Origin: Antedon mediterranea
Taxonomy: Eukaryota > Animalia > Echinodermata
Direction of reading: 5' to 3'
Assembly: GCF_964355755.1 (NCBI RefSeq)
Contig: NC_092673.1
Location: 11,256,948-11,320,947 of the forward strand
Length of the DNA stretch: 64,000 nt
Both the position numbers and the translations under genes were made by a program. The notes under the pieces are model-generated. The model saw nothing but the letters and a program-made list of their open reading frames with translations, did not search any database and was not told the DNA's origin. Shown here in pieces: positions 1 to 12,288 of the stretch; the first letter of the stretch is position 1; each line of letters begins with the position of its first letter.

Positions 1-129
1 GTATGGGTCTTTCAGATCTATCAAGGCCGCCCAGTCTTCTCATCTTGGCCCCAACAGGATGGATGAGACTGTCTCCACCTAAACCTGTGGGCCGAAAGAA
101 CTGCTAGTCTAGACTCATAAGGTTCAGTA

Positions 130-1200
130 TGGGTCGCCATCGCCTGTTTTTGTCTCAGTTAGGAAGACGGTAGACTCGTGTCCTGAGACAGCGCATTGTA
201 TGTCGACTTGTTCCACTGCCACTTTTTGGGCAAAAAAGGAAGACCGTGCAGATGCACACAACTCTTTTGTGGCTCTGGCGGTATCCTTGTCGAGCGAGCT
301 TCGCGCTTACTAGGCTCGTACTGTTAATTAACATAATGCAATAGCTGTGTGTAATTGTGGAGAGAAACCACCTGCTCTCCAGCAAATCATCTTAGGCGAA
401 CCCCCCATTTGTCTGACCTTCGGAGGGTACAGACTCCACCAGCATGTCACCAGTACCTGCAATCTCTGTTACTTTGCAATCTTGGTGTTGAACGTGCAGC
501 CCTGTCTGATCTGCCTCGTGCAGGATACAGATTGTGGGCGTGAAAAGTCTGAAATTTAGACAGACTTGTGGTGGCGGGCATGGGAGCGAGCACAGTGGCA
601 CCATCGGCGTGGGACCAAAAGCTATAATGGTTGCACTCTCTTTTTCTAGCAACCTCATCAGCAGCCAACAGGATACATGTGTACAAGGTGGCCTGCTGCT
701 TCTGCTTAACTCATACCGTAAGCAGTGTAGCCTTGATTTGTAGGTCCATGTGTTCTCCTTCAAGCTATACACTACTAGGGTGAACCTAGGTGCGTCAACT
801 AGTAGTGCTGTCTGTGAAATCATTGTGGTTGCATCAAAGGCATACCAGTAGCTCAACACTGTGCGTACCTGCATTACTCAACAGGTAAATGCAGAAGTGC
901 AATCTTGTTAGAAGGAAGGCATAAAGGCTCGCGATCAAAAGATTAAGCCTGTTAACTGAATCGACAATCCAGGAGAATGACTGGATAAATTGGGGCCTTC
1001 CTGAGCGGTGTATGTACAGCAAGTGAACAACACAAGCAACGCAGGAATGATAATTATTATTCTAACCTGCAAAAACCTACCCGTCGCCCAGCAGAAGATA
1101 GGGTCGTCATTGTCGTAACCTGTAACAAGCCATGATCAATGACAAGGGAAGGCAATACCGATAAGTACGGCCTGAAGGGAGGAATATTTTGGAGAGGATA
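130..1200 (-). mobile_element. Heavily decayed DIRS-like (tyrosine recombinase) retroelement remnant
   Basis: GC-richer block. Minus-strand frames give SRWFLSTITHSY and ARATKELCASARSSFFAQKVAVEQV, resembling the DIRS YR motifs SRWI..I..AY and RAHELR..ASSWA..V.LEQI, plus LYAFLL resembling the YAFPP motif. Many frameshifts; boundaries approximate. Confidence 0.4.
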
Positions 1201-1261
1201 ACGAGGCTTCAATTTGCCTCAAGAGAGCTCTCAACACTGTTGAAATGGCCTCTTTTTGCCC

Positions 1262-1480
1262 GATTTCTGTTTTCTTGACTTACTTTTCAACTCGAAATTA
1301 CGTTATACGAGCACGTCAAAAGTGACAGGCTACGCACGTGTAAATTTTAAAAAAATAAATGTTTTTAAACATTTCAACATTTTTAAACATGTTCAGTAAT
1401 TTCGGTCAGTTGGTAGGTTGGTCGGTCGGTCGGTAAACACTAATGAGCACGCGACTGCAGCCATCTATATGGCCTTGCAT
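1262..1480 (+). mobile_element. Helentron/HINE-like fragment
   Basis: 1285-1343 is the reverse complement of the internal core of family B (cacttttgacgtgctcgtataa..gttgaaa). It is followed by a (GGTC)n microsatellite and a gccat-ctat-atggc hairpin ending in CTTG. Confidence 0.5.
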
Positions 1481-1639
1481 TATTCCCACCTCTGTGCATA
1501 GTATATATTTAAGAAAAACATATGGTTTTTTTATAAATTGCAAAAAAATACTAATTGAGATAATTGTGTAATTATTTTTGTGGTGGGTGATAAGTAAAGG
1601 GTTAGTCTACAGTTAGGTATAAAAAAAAAAAAATTTGCA

Positions 1640-4600
1640 TATTGATGACGTCATGTGACGTCATTACAGGTATTTTGGATTTCGTGTTTTTTATCGAATC
1701 AATGATAAAAACTATATTTTCTATAAGAAATTCTTATTGAATACGTTTTTCCAACTGGATATTGATGAAGATACGTATAACAAATAAAAATATATTTAAA
1801 AAATGAATTATTTTTATTGTTTTATAAAAATTATGCACAAATCAAAGTTTTTGGGCAAAATCGTGAAAATAATGACATTTTCCAAAAATTCACTGTAGTA
1901 CAAAAACTAACTATTGTTTCAATTTTTGTGTGTTGTGTGTGTTTGTGTTGTGATAAACATGATGTTGCCCTATTGGGGCGGATAAATTTGTGTTACTTTC
2001 AAAATGGCCGCCATGACGTTATTATGTGACATCATTACAGATATTTTGGTTTTCGTGTTTTTTATCGAATCAATGATAAAAACTATATTTTCTATAAGAA
2101 ATTCTTATGAAATACGTTTTTCCAACTGGATATTGATGTCGATACGTATAACAAATAAAAATATAAAACAAATTGAATTATTTTCATTGTTTTATTCAAA
2201 TTATGCACAAATCAAAGTTATTATGTGACATCATGGTTTTTTGGTTTTCTCTTACTCATCATCCTCTTTAGAATAGTCCAATTTTGGGTGGTAGGCCCTG
2301 AAACAATCTTTATCGGCATGCAAACCTGGGTTACTTGGGCAATCTTTGCAAATCCACACTGTCTTGATCTCTCTTCCAGCACTTGTGCGGTGACCACGAG
2401 CCCAGCACACCCGGCACATTTTGTCTTTCTTGTTTTTTGTGTTGCCGTCTTTACTTTCTCTTTTAACGGGAAAGTGCTTCCCAGTTAGCCTTTGTACTAC
2501 TTCATGACGTGTTACATCTTTGTTCAATCTAGGGCGTGAACACACAAGTACTGTCAAAAGATCTTTGAAATCAGCCAAAAAATCTTTGGTAGATGGCATG
2601 AACTTCCGATGGAGTTTGTGGGCACTTAGAGCACACTGCATGAACATTCTGAGAGCTATTTTCTTATACCACTTGCAAGTTTTGCTTACAATGCTCACGC
2701 TGTGCAGCTGTTGGTCCACCATATCAACTCCTCCCATGTTGTGATTATACGCAATTATACATGATGGCTTGTGAATAAGATTGTTGTCTTTGTCACGTTT
2801 TGTAGTTGGGATCATAGCGGCCCTGCCTTCCGTGGTCAGCATGCACACTTCTTTTGGTTTATTGTTAGATTTGTTTTTTAGCGTTCGGAACTTTACCGCT
2901 AACATGTTTCCCGTTTGCGACTTCATAAAACATGATGTTCCCTTGTCAAGTGCCTTTGTCCCTAGATCACTGGGGTAACCGGAACGCTTTTGGTTGACAG
3001 TGCCACAAAGGTATGTATCGTGATCAAGAAGGTACGTAGCCAGAGCTGGAGATGTATAAAAATTATCAACATAAAGTGTGTGGCCTCGGTCGAGAAAAGG
3101 CTGCTCATGTTTAGGAATACGCTCAGTAACAAGCATTTGAGGATGAGGGTCTTGATGATCTCTGAAAATATTCTCAGCTGAATATACAATAAAATCAAGA
3201 GATACGCCATCGGATGTACATAGTTCATAAAACTTGATTGCAAAACGTGCACGTTTTGTTCGAATGCATTGCTTGAACAGCAGTCTCCCCTTGAACAAAA
3301 GCAAGGATTCATCTACGCAGATTTTTTTTTATGGCGAATAAACACGCTGCATTCGTTCTCGAACCATTCTGATGAGAGGCCTAATTTTGTAGAGCCTGTC
3401 CCTATTGACATCCGTGGGGTCATGTGCAGGGTCTTCATTGTTTGCAAAATGTAGAAATTTCATTATCAGAAAAAAACCTATCTCTGTTCATTATTTGGGC
3501 AAATATAGGTGTTTGTATCAAATCATCAGTGCTCCAATACATTTCTAGCCTAGACTTGTGAATAATACCCATCAGTCCAAACCTAAAAACGTCTTCATTT
3601 CAGGAACGGTAGTGGGAACCCATTGATGATTGATTTTCAGTTTATCACGGTTTGCATTGATGAACTGCTGAGCATATCGATTGGTCTCCTCTACAATATG
3701 CGAAAATATATCATCAGTAAAGTACTGAAAAAAGAACTCCTCAATTGAAGCATTATCACCCATTCTAACTTTGAGTCGTTCCCCATCAGAGAATGGAATT
3801 TGCTTTGGTTGAAAACTATCATTTGGATCAATTTCCCAATTTATCTTTGGGTTCTGATCTCTTGCAGGCCTGCGCCCCTGTCCTCTAGCACGAGGCCGGC
3901 CCCTCTGACCTCCTCTTCCACGTATACCTCCACGAACACGTGGCCCACGTCTGCCTCCTCTATTGCCACCGCGTACACCACGTAGATCTGTATTGCCATC
4001 AAGAACACGTGCACCACGTCTTACTCCACCACGAACACGTGCACCACATCTTCCTCTACCACGACCACGCACAACTGGCACTGGCACTGGCACATCATCA
4101 TCTGATACTGATATACGATCAGAACTCACCGCTTCATCGTCACTGTCTACGCTCGCTTCACCGTCACTGTCCACAGACATATCTACAGTACATCCTGTGA
4201 TCCATGGCCTACGTCAGGTTCATCCACATCTAACGAACAATCAGCACTCATCATAGAATCACTATCATCGGAACTATAGTCAGCAGACGGGAACGATTGA
4301 ATTGAATCATTGACATCAAAGTCATCTTCACTGTCTGAATCAGCAAATATCTGATTCAAAGCTTCACTAACATCATATAGCCTTTGTTGCGCCATTTCGC
4401 TACTCTCAAAACAACTTTCCAAGATAGAAATAACTAGTCAAGCGAAAGAAAACTTTATAGAGGGCGCATGATTTTCAAGACGATAATACAACTATAGAGG
4501 GCCGTTTTTCTTGCTGGAAAATATTTTCAATGACTTGCAAAAATATTCCAATTCATCGAAAAAACATAGAGGGTGCTATATATTATAGGCAAATACGATT

Positions 4601-4696
4601 AAATCAATGTATTGCCCATACCCGGTATCACCGTGTATACGCATTTCAACGACGTTTGTTTATACCCGGTAGTACCGGTTATACGCAGTGAAAGGG
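1640..4696 (-). mobile_element. piggyBac element with one end intact
   Basis: Terminus gcagtgaaaggg followed by TTAA at 4697-4700 (CCC...TTAA rule). Subterminal direct repeats atacccggta..tatacgca at ~4618 and ~4662. ~210-bp direct repeat at 1640-1850 and 2015-2225 downstream of the ORF. The opposite TIR was not found, so the left boundary is approximate. Confidence 0.75.
2252..4395 (-). pseudogene. piggyBac (PGBD4-like) transposase, frameshifted
   Basis: ORF pieces 4183-4395, 3572-4180 and 2252-3304. Acidic N-terminus, FFFQYFTDD..IVEETNRYA, LYVDNFYTSP, YNHNMGGVDMVDQ, KWYKK, and a C-terminal Cys-rich domain (CRVC..CKDC..LH..C). Confidence 0.93.
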
Positions 4697-4859
4697 TTAA
4701 TGAAATAGATTGATATTTGTAGTCAACTGCTCTTAATATACCAATTATGAATTTTTTGTACTACACCTTGCCTTTAGCTCTTCTTGATTTGTGTTTATTT
4801 TGGTAATTTCCGCAAATAACGAATATCTCTCTCTCGAAGTGCAATATCAATAATCATGA

Positions 4860-5385
4860 AACTTTGGCGGTCATGTTGTGCCACAATTCTCTGTTTATTG
4901 CCATGTTCAGCAACATGTAACAACTCAGTCTTTGGTATTATTGCCTCTATTCCGAATCCATTCAGCTATGCTGGCCAACCAAGTGACTCTTTTACTCCCC
5001 CTGCTCCTTCTTCCTTCTATCTTTCCAGTTAATGCCACGTTCTCCAGACCTCTCTTCCTCAACACATGTCCCATGAATCTCATCTGTCTAATCCTAATAT
5101 CCTTCAGTAGTTTCCTGCACACTCTAGCTCTTATCAATACATCTTCGTTACTAACTCTATCTGTCCATGGAATTCTCATCATTCTCCTTAGAAACCACAT
5201 CTCACAGCTTTCCAATCTTTTTCTGAGGTCATTTGTGATTGACCAGGCCTCACTTCCATACTTCAGCACAGGATAGATGTAGCAGTTTAATACACGCAAC
5301 CTGGTTTCCATACTCATCGCACAGTTCTTTAAGATATTCTTCATTTCTCCAAATTCGGATTTCGCAAGGACTATGTGTGTAGTCA
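4860..5385 (-). mobile_element. RTE-clade LINE, 3' fragment
   Basis: LNCYIYPVLKYGSEAWSI..LESCEMWFLRRMMRIPWTDRVSNEDVL..GHVLRK..GKIEGRRSRG, the typical RTE C-terminus. Confidence 0.88.
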
Positions 5386-5649
5386 CTGCACTCCCAATCT
5401 ACCCTCATGCATGCATGCATATACATCTGTATATTAAAAGACAATCTTGAAATAGAAAAGATCGCTAAATTCTTGTGTGAGTGTAATTGTGATTTATTGA
5501 CCATGAATGATAGTCATAAGAAATTTCAAAGATGCGATGTGATGGTTATTGAAACAAACTATATTTTTATTATGATGGTTATGCCTGTGTTATGTCTTCA
5601 ATTGACAGACTAGGAAAAGGCAGTCTAATTTTCACAGAGTGAATTATCA

Positions 5650-6345
5650 ATTGATTTGCTTGAAAAATGTATACTGAAATTCGTGTCTGGATGGCCAAAA
5701 ACTTTTTAAAACTAATGATGATAAGACTGAGTACATTCATTTTGGTTCGCAACAACAATTAGAGAAAATTCCATCTAGGAGGGTTTCCCTTGGTAACTTT
5801 TGTACTAAAAATACTACACAAGTTAGAAATCTTGGTGTAATTCTGGATGCTAATATGACCATGACGGCTCATATTTCTAAAATTACGTCTGCATCGTCAT
5901 ATCATTTAAGAAATATTCGAGGCATCAGAAAATACTTAAATTGTGCAGCTGCTGAGCAACTTGTACATGCATTTGTTAGTTCGCGTCTCGATATGTGTAA
6001 CTTCTTGTTATTTGGTCTTCCACATAAACAACTGCATAGGCTTTAGCTTATACAAAATGCGGCTGCACAAGTTTCACCTTAAAAGAGTTACATTGGCTGC
6101 CTATTAAACATAGAATTGTTTAAAAAATATTGTTAATTGTTTTCAAAGTTATTAATGGAATTGCTCCAGAGTATGTGACTGATATACTGGGCTTATACTC
6201 TCCTAAATGTAATTTACGATCCAATAATAAGTTGCTTTTATTTCAACCGAAATCTCACCACTCGTTTGGAGATCGTGCTTTTTCTATTAATGCTCTGCAT
6301 CTGTGGAATGACATTCCTGAATGGATTAGGCATTGCCACACAATT
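5650..6345 (+). mobile_element. L2/CR1-group LINE, 3' part, left piece
   Basis: DDKTEYIHFG, VRNLGVILD, HAFVSSRLDMCN, LHWLPI, GDRAFS..LWNDIP..IRHCHTI. Interrupted at 6345. Confidence 0.85.
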
Positions 6346-6525
6346 GTGACCCAATCTGGCAAAACCCTCTCTTTGTCGGCAATTCAAAATTCACGTGATC
6401 AGTCAAAATACGTCCAAATCGACTACCCTGGCAGTTTACATGTTTTTGCATTTTCAAAATATTTCACTATTTAAGAATACGTCTACCTGATTTAAACTCC
6501 CAAAATTTAATTAAAATTATGAAAA

Positions 6526-7325
6526 ACTAGAGGGTGAGCTCGCTTCGCTCGCTCCCCCTCTAGGAAGTGTCGACGATGGTTCTCGGAATGATAAAAATGT
6601 TCTCCTTGTACGTTTTCTGTCGGTTACCATTATTGAAAATGCTTGACATTCGTAAAACTAAACTACTCTGTTTCACAGTGTTTTAGATGATTAATAACAT
6701 TTTAAAGTATAGTGTTTATTGTTTTGTAGGGCCCTTTGGGGAGGCGGAATTCATTTGAGGAAGGTGCTTATTCGAGGGATATATGTTAATTTTTTTAGTT
6801 TTAATAATATGGTAACATTTACAATCAAATGAAATCCTCTAATAGATATGAAAAGTAGTAAAAAAGAATAACAAATGCTTGGTAAATTGTAGATAACAGT
6901 GCGATGAATTTTACTACAAATAGTATAATGATTATTATTCAAAGTGATGTTTTATTGGAGAGGCGTTTATTCAAATAAATACTATCCTAATAATTATTAA
7001 TACATTAGGCCTATTTAATTTAAACATCTTTTGAAACTAACTGCCGTGACAGAGTGGGCCCAAGAAAGAAGACATTACGGCTTGCAACATGGGCAGACAT
7101 CTCGGTCCTAACAGGACACAGATAGCCTACAGTTATTCCTGTCAGCTAATACTCAATCAACTATCGGGATTTCACACAAAATGTCTTATCAAATATCCCT
7201 ATGTAATTTTATAATACTATTTCCTACAATATATTCCGATTCTTTATGGCGTATATTTAATTTGATCTTCATTAATTTGCAGTATAATTTTTATTTTGTA
7301 ACTACTGTACCTTCACACACGCGCT
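6526..7325 (-). mobile_element. Helitron/Helentron-like non-autonomous element, 3' part (family E, copy 1)
   Basis: Begins actag-agggtgagctcgcttcgctcgctccccctctag (CTAG end plus GC hairpin). ~800 bp homologous, in inverted orientation, to 39255-40141. Confidence 0.7.
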
Positions 7326-8582
7326 GTCCGTTCCTAAAATAAACAAAAAACTGAAATGGCTATGCAATTTAAGTTCCAGTCCTACTATAGTATCAGTTTT
7401 TGTTCTTCCTTCTTCCAAAGGGACACTGTATTGATTGATGGAAAGTGCCTGTTTCCAGTTACCTTTAGGGTCAAATCTATTATTTTAACTGCTCCCTTGT
7501 GTAAGAGAGAAAATAGTTGAAACCAGGTTGTTGCAAGATGAACCTGGAAATTACTTTGACCCGGGAAGAATTGAAATTGAGTTGAAAATCTACTGTTGAA
7601 ATCATAAATTGTGTTAAAAAACTCATTATATCTTCCTAAGATAGAAATATGGAAAAATAACGTCGATGTGAAAATTAATGTTATCAAATCTACGTTACGC
7701 GGTACATCTGAGATAGATAAGGTAGGTATCCAAGGCGGAGATTTGTACCAAAGTTTTTGCATTGTGCTCGCCTATGTCAGAATTAACCATAATTTATATA
7801 TAGAAGAGAGTTTTAAAAACATGTATTTTCCTCAAGCCTAACAATTTATTCACGATCTACGCTAAAATTTTGCTTAAATTCAGTTGAAAGTTGCTGAGTT
7901 TGACGACATTTTGATCGCCAGTTCACTGCACAATGTTGAAAGGTCACACATCAAAATAAAGCTCATCCATTTGACATTCCAAATATGGAAGTTTTAGGGC
8001 GGAGTTTAAAGAAGAAGCCAATGAAAACTTTGATTTACTATGACATAATTTCAGAAAATTCGGTTCTTTAAAGTTTCTGCAACAGCGAACTGCGTGTGTT
8101 GCTATGGCGCATCATCGCAATAACAAACGTTATTGGTCAACGCGCTAGATGTTATACGCTCTACGCGCGGAAATAAAAAGTTGTTTACATTTTTGTGAGG
8201 TTATTTTCATTTTACACACATTATGTCGTAAATTGGAATAAAAACGATTTTAATATTCAAAGTAAAGTGTTCTGCAATAGCTGTAGCCTGTATTTCTTTA
8301 TTCCATAGTAAAATAGAAAAGTCAAAAACAATTCACGTCATAAATTCAATTCAATTGTATTTTCTATATTTTTTTCGGCTAGGCCTTAATTTTAATATGG
8401 TTGTAGGCCTACTACTACTGGGCCTAGCTTTATTGTCAATAAATAGTTTTCTTTATACATTTTATATATCCAATCGGCTCTTAATTATTTATTTAATTTA
8501 TTGTCCAGTCCTTTCATATTAAATGTTTTTTTTAAATCATTGGATTCAATTCCAAACATTACAGCGAATCTTCCACGTTATA

Positions 8583-8932
8583 AACAAGCACGAATGTGCA
8601 ATACTCGGGGTACAGCGAGAGAAGCTGTAATGACGTCATAAGACCGGATGTAACGTCACATACACATCAATAACCGCGCTACCAAATACGGCTATACGAT
8701 ACCATCTTCGAGACGTCATATGGCTGCATCCGGTATGAAATTAAAAAATCCGGCTCTCTATAGCTTTGAGGACATGTCCCTGTAGTATGTTCATGCTAAA
8801 TCCGAGCTCAATACTACAACGAATAAGGGAGGAGTAGTACTTTATAAATTGCACTTTTTGCTCAATAGTGTCCGGATGGAAGAAGAAGAGGAAAGGATGA
8901 GAGAGTCCTAGACTCAGGTACCCCGACTAATA
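8583..8932 (-). mobile_element. Short Helentron/HINE-like element (family D, copy 1)
   Basis: aacaag end, gcac-gaat-gtgc hairpin, sub-TIR tcggggtac paired with gtaccccga at the other end, and a purine-rich tract before that end. Confidence 0.6.
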
Positions 8933-8998
8933 AAACGATATATACTCTATATCATTTTACGTATACAGTATATTTCACCATAAAGTTAAAGAAAAATA

Positions 8999-9069
8999 GG
9001 TTTCGCCAGGGCTCGAACCGGGACCTTCTGCGAGTTAAGCAGACTTGACAACCACTACACTACGAAACC
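8999..9069 (-). pseudogene. tRNA-Val-derived copy 1
   Basis: GGTTTCGTAGTGTAGTGGTTGTCAAGTCTGCTTAACTCGCAGAAGGTCCCGGTTCGAGCCCTGGCGAAACC. A box, B box, AAC anticodon and downstream T-run present; T-arm and D-arm have mismatches. Confidence 0.75.
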
Positions 9070-9281
9070 TCTTACACCAAAAATGTGGGTTACACAAAGT
9101 GTTTTAATCCATTTAAATTACAAATAAATTATTATGTAATAAGCACAAAGCAAGATAAACATGTGTAAAAGTGATAATTACCGATTACACAAAATAAATA
9201 TTTTTTAAAATAATAAAAATAAGATTTACTGTATAACATATTACCTTATCAGTACTTTTTACCATAAAGTTGAAAAAAAAA

Positions 9282-9352
9282 GGTTTCGCCGGGCTCGAAC
9301 CGGGGACCTTCTGCGTGTTAAGCAGACGTGATAACCACTACGCCAAGAAGCC
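9282..9352 (-). pseudogene. tRNA-Val(AAC)-derived copy 2
   Basis: GGCTTCTTGGCGTAGTGGTTATCACGTCTGCTTAACACGCAGAAGGTCCCCGGTTCGAGCCCGGCGAAACC followed by a T-run. Intact anticodon arm but mismatched acceptor stem. Confidence 0.78.
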
Positions 9353-9503
9353 GCATATAACTACATAACGCTGTGGTGTGTGTCACACATTGTGGTTTCT
9401 TAATTAAACAAATTAATTAACAAAAAAGCACGAATGTGCAATACTCGGGGTACAGAGAAAGAAGCTGTATACAGACGTATACAGTTAAAGTTAAAGAAAA
9501 ATA

Positions 9504-9574
9504 GGTTTCGCCAGGGCTCTAACCGGGACCTTCTGCGTGTTAAGCAGACTTGACAATCACTACACTACGAAACC
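9504..9574 (-). pseudogene. tRNA-Val(AAC)-derived copy 3 (duplicate of copy 1)
   Basis: Near-identical to 8999-9069. B box mutated (GGTTAGAG). Confidence 0.75.
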
Positions 9575-9791
9575 CACTTACACTAAAAATGTGGGTTACA
9601 GAAAGTTTTTTAATCCATTTAAATTACAAATAAATATGGTAATAAGCACAAATAAAAATAAACATGTGTAAAAGTGATAATTACCGATTACACAAAATAA
9701 GTATTTAAAAAAATAATAAAAATAAGATACACTGTGTATAATTATCATATTGCGTATACAGTACTTTTCACCATAAAGTTTAAAAAAAAAA

Positions 9792-9863
9792 GGTTTCGTT
9801 CGGGCTCGAACCAGGTACCTTCTGCGTGTTAAGCAAACGTGATAACCACTACGCCAAGAAGCC
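9792..9863 (-). pseudogene. tRNA-Val(AAC)-derived copy 4 (duplicate of copy 2)
   Basis: Near-identical to 9282-9352 with extra substitutions; T-run downstream. Confidence 0.75.
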
Positions 9864-10508
9864 GCATATAACCATATAACTACATAACGCTGTGGTGTGT
9901 GTCACACATTGTGGCTTCTTAATTAAACAAATTAATTAACAAAAAATTAAAAATCCGGCTCTATAGCTTTGAGGACATGTCCCTGTAGTATATTCATGCC
10001 AAATCCCAGCTCAATACTACAACTAATAATGGAAGAGTAGTACTTTAAAAATCGCACTTTTTACTCAATAGTGTCCAGATGGTGGAGGAGAAAATGAGTA
10101 AGTCCTAGACTTGGGTACCCCGAGTAAAAAAACAAATGTATTAAATCGCCAATACAATGTTAGTAGCTAGCAAGCTGTGAATCTGCAAGGCGCCAAACTT
10201 GTCTAGGCTAATTTACTACGAACGCCAGCCCCACTGTCGATGCACCACTGCCATACACGGCCTGATGAACACCCATCAGTAGGTCTTACAGGCGATGACG
10301 GCGAAAATCTGAATAGGCCTAGGCATGCTTGGTTTTTCGCTGTTGATATCGTAAACACCTCCGAAACCAGTTAAAATAAGCTTGACGTTATAATGCTGCT
10401 TTTCAATAGTGCAAAATAGTTAATTCGAGTGACTAAATAGGTTAAAACGGCGTCTGAAATCAGTCAAATTGACTATGATGTGCACGCTGCTATAATATCG
10501 CACACACT

Positions 10509-11619
10509 CAGTGGCGGATCTAGGGGGGGTGAATAGGGTGGCTAGCCACCCCCCTTAATTCTCAAAAAAAAAAAGAAGAGCAACCTACTCGCGATTGACC
10601 ATCGCTAGACGTGGATTAATCTTTTAATTAAGAAGAGTAGGCCTAGCTAGGCCCTACTAGAGCTAGGGTTAGCATTAATTGTGTACTGTAGATAGGTCTA
10701 CACAGTGAAAGAGCTAAGAGTTTAATTACTATTATGAATTCAAGAGTTTAAAAAGAAAACACGATTTACAATCTTCGGAAAATACCCATTTTCAAAACAC
10801 GCACTCCTAAAACTACAAGCATCACGTTGTCTAGCTCGCTCCTCGTGTGAATGATGACGTAATCACTCTCCGAAAATACACCATTTTCCATTGCAGTTAA
10901 TTTCCGTCGCCCTGGTCCGTGTGTGCAAGCGTTAGCGTGGTATATTTACACCCCTGAGTGGAGTCTAATATCGGGAACTTTTTACTTTTTTCTCGCGCAT
11001 GAAGGTTTTTTGTATAATATTATGGTATGCAGTATAAACGATAAAAATAAACAAGAAACATGGTGTTCTTTTATTATTTTATAGGCATAAAATAAACATG
11101 AAATGTCATGTACGTACGTACTGTATGTGGCGTATTTGGCGTTTTTTGATTTGTGTTATAGACACGGCGATTACTGCAATCATTGTATACCAAATTACAT
11201 TGAGTTATTCACCCGGCTGTAGGGTATATATCTCTGAGGTTAACAGACCACCAAAACACGGCACGTACACAACACACCCGACAACACATGGACTATCAAG
11301 ACATTTTCGGAGTACCGCATTACCAAATGTTCATTTTGTTTGAAAGTTTGTCGATCAAAGTTTATTATTAGTTCGTCGAAAAAGATCCGTACAGTATTTA
11401 GGAAGGATTTATTAAAATTTACATTTATATGTAATATTTGTTATTAAGTGTGATGGAAACAGTTTTTCTAGCCTATTAAACAGTGTGTAAGCATCTATTT
11501 TTTCAAAAATTTTCGGAGCCTCTGGAGGGGGACACCCCCTCCCAAACCCTCCCCCGCTCGGTACGCACCGAGCGGGGGAGAGTGGCCACCCCCTTCTTCA
11601 GATCCTAGATTCGCCACTG
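10509..11619. mobile_element. hAT-like non-autonomous element with 6-bp TSD
   Basis: TIRs cagtggcggatctag / ctagattcgccactg; CACACT on both flanks. Confidence 0.75.
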
Positions 11620-11913
11620 CACACTTCCTGGTATGACGTCATTGTGCCTTAGACCAAAATACCGCGTTGCTACGGAGTGAGTTTTCAGCGCGTATCAAAA
11701 AGAATTTCATTGCAAACTTCAAACGCGATTTTCTCGTAAATTAATTGAATGATTTGTAAGTTTTTAAAATGTAATAACTTTTTATTAAAATATTTACTCA
11801 ATTTTTATAAAATAAACACCACTACAAAGCTTATGATTCAAATAATCCAAATATATAAAAAAATACAAAATGAATATTTCTGACAAAAGTAGGGTTTTGC
11901 CAGATCGGGTCAC

Positions 11914-12072
11914 AATTAATTCTTTTAAAAAATCATTAAAATCATACCTTTTTGCTGAGGCATATAGTATTAATGAAGCATAAACAAACAGTGTTGTGAT
12001 TAGCGCCTTGAGCACTTTTAGTGGAAATGTGCGCTATATAAATTGTTATATTATTATATTATATTATTATTA
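11914..12072 (+). mobile_element. L2/CR1-group LINE, 3' part, right piece and tail
   Basis: Continues the frame as INSFKKSLKSYLFAEAY, then gcgccttgagc..gcgctatataaat and an ATT-rich tail. Confidence 0.82.
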
Positions 12073-12129
12073 ATCAGACATGAAAAAGCAATAACCCAAG
12101 AAAGCATTTTTTAGTTCTCAATCGCATAA

Positions 12130-12288
12130 AGCCGATTTTCCACTAGGCGAATTTGTTCGCGCGAATCGAAGGCGTCAGCTAATACGCATGCGTAAAGAAG
12201 GATTTGGAAGATGTAAACATGAATACACATGCGTACAAGCTGGCGCTTTCGATTCGCGCGAACAAATTCGCCTAGTGGAAAATCGGCT
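12130..12288. mobile_element. Palindromic MITE (PIF/Harbinger-like)
   Basis: ~42-bp perfect TIRs agccgattttccactaggcgaatttgttcgcgcgaatcgaa; TAA/TTA flanks. Confidence 0.8.

Larger units (their letters stand above)
9421..10130 (-). mobile_element. Family D copy 2, containing a duplicated tRNA-Val pair
   Basis: Same ends as 8583-8932 (9427-9468 and 9946-10126). The middle is replaced by a copy of 8960-9425. Confidence 0.65.
6346..11913. mobile_element. Non-autonomous TIR element (Sola-like, AATT TSD) carrying nested elements
   Basis: TIRs gtgacccaatctggcaaaaccct / agggttttgccagatcgggtcac, flanked by AATT on both sides. Removing it restores the LINE frame CHTINSFKK. The Sola label is inferred from the AWWT TSD. 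Confidence 0.8.

Noticed and set aside
1595-1605. aaagggttag as the second piggyBac terminus
   Set aside because: Same orientation as the 4696 end, no TTAA, and no extended match.
2520-5276. Plus-strand ORFs over the piggyBac and RTE regions
   Set aside because: Antisense shadows of the transposon coding frames.
7385-7841. ORFs 7385-7762 and 7611-7841
   Set aside because: No recognisable motif, overlapping on opposite strands, and located inside nested repeats.
8999-9863. Functional tRNA-Val cluster
   Set aside because: Each copy has acceptor, D-arm or T-arm defects, so they are called pseudogenes pending tRNAscan-SE.
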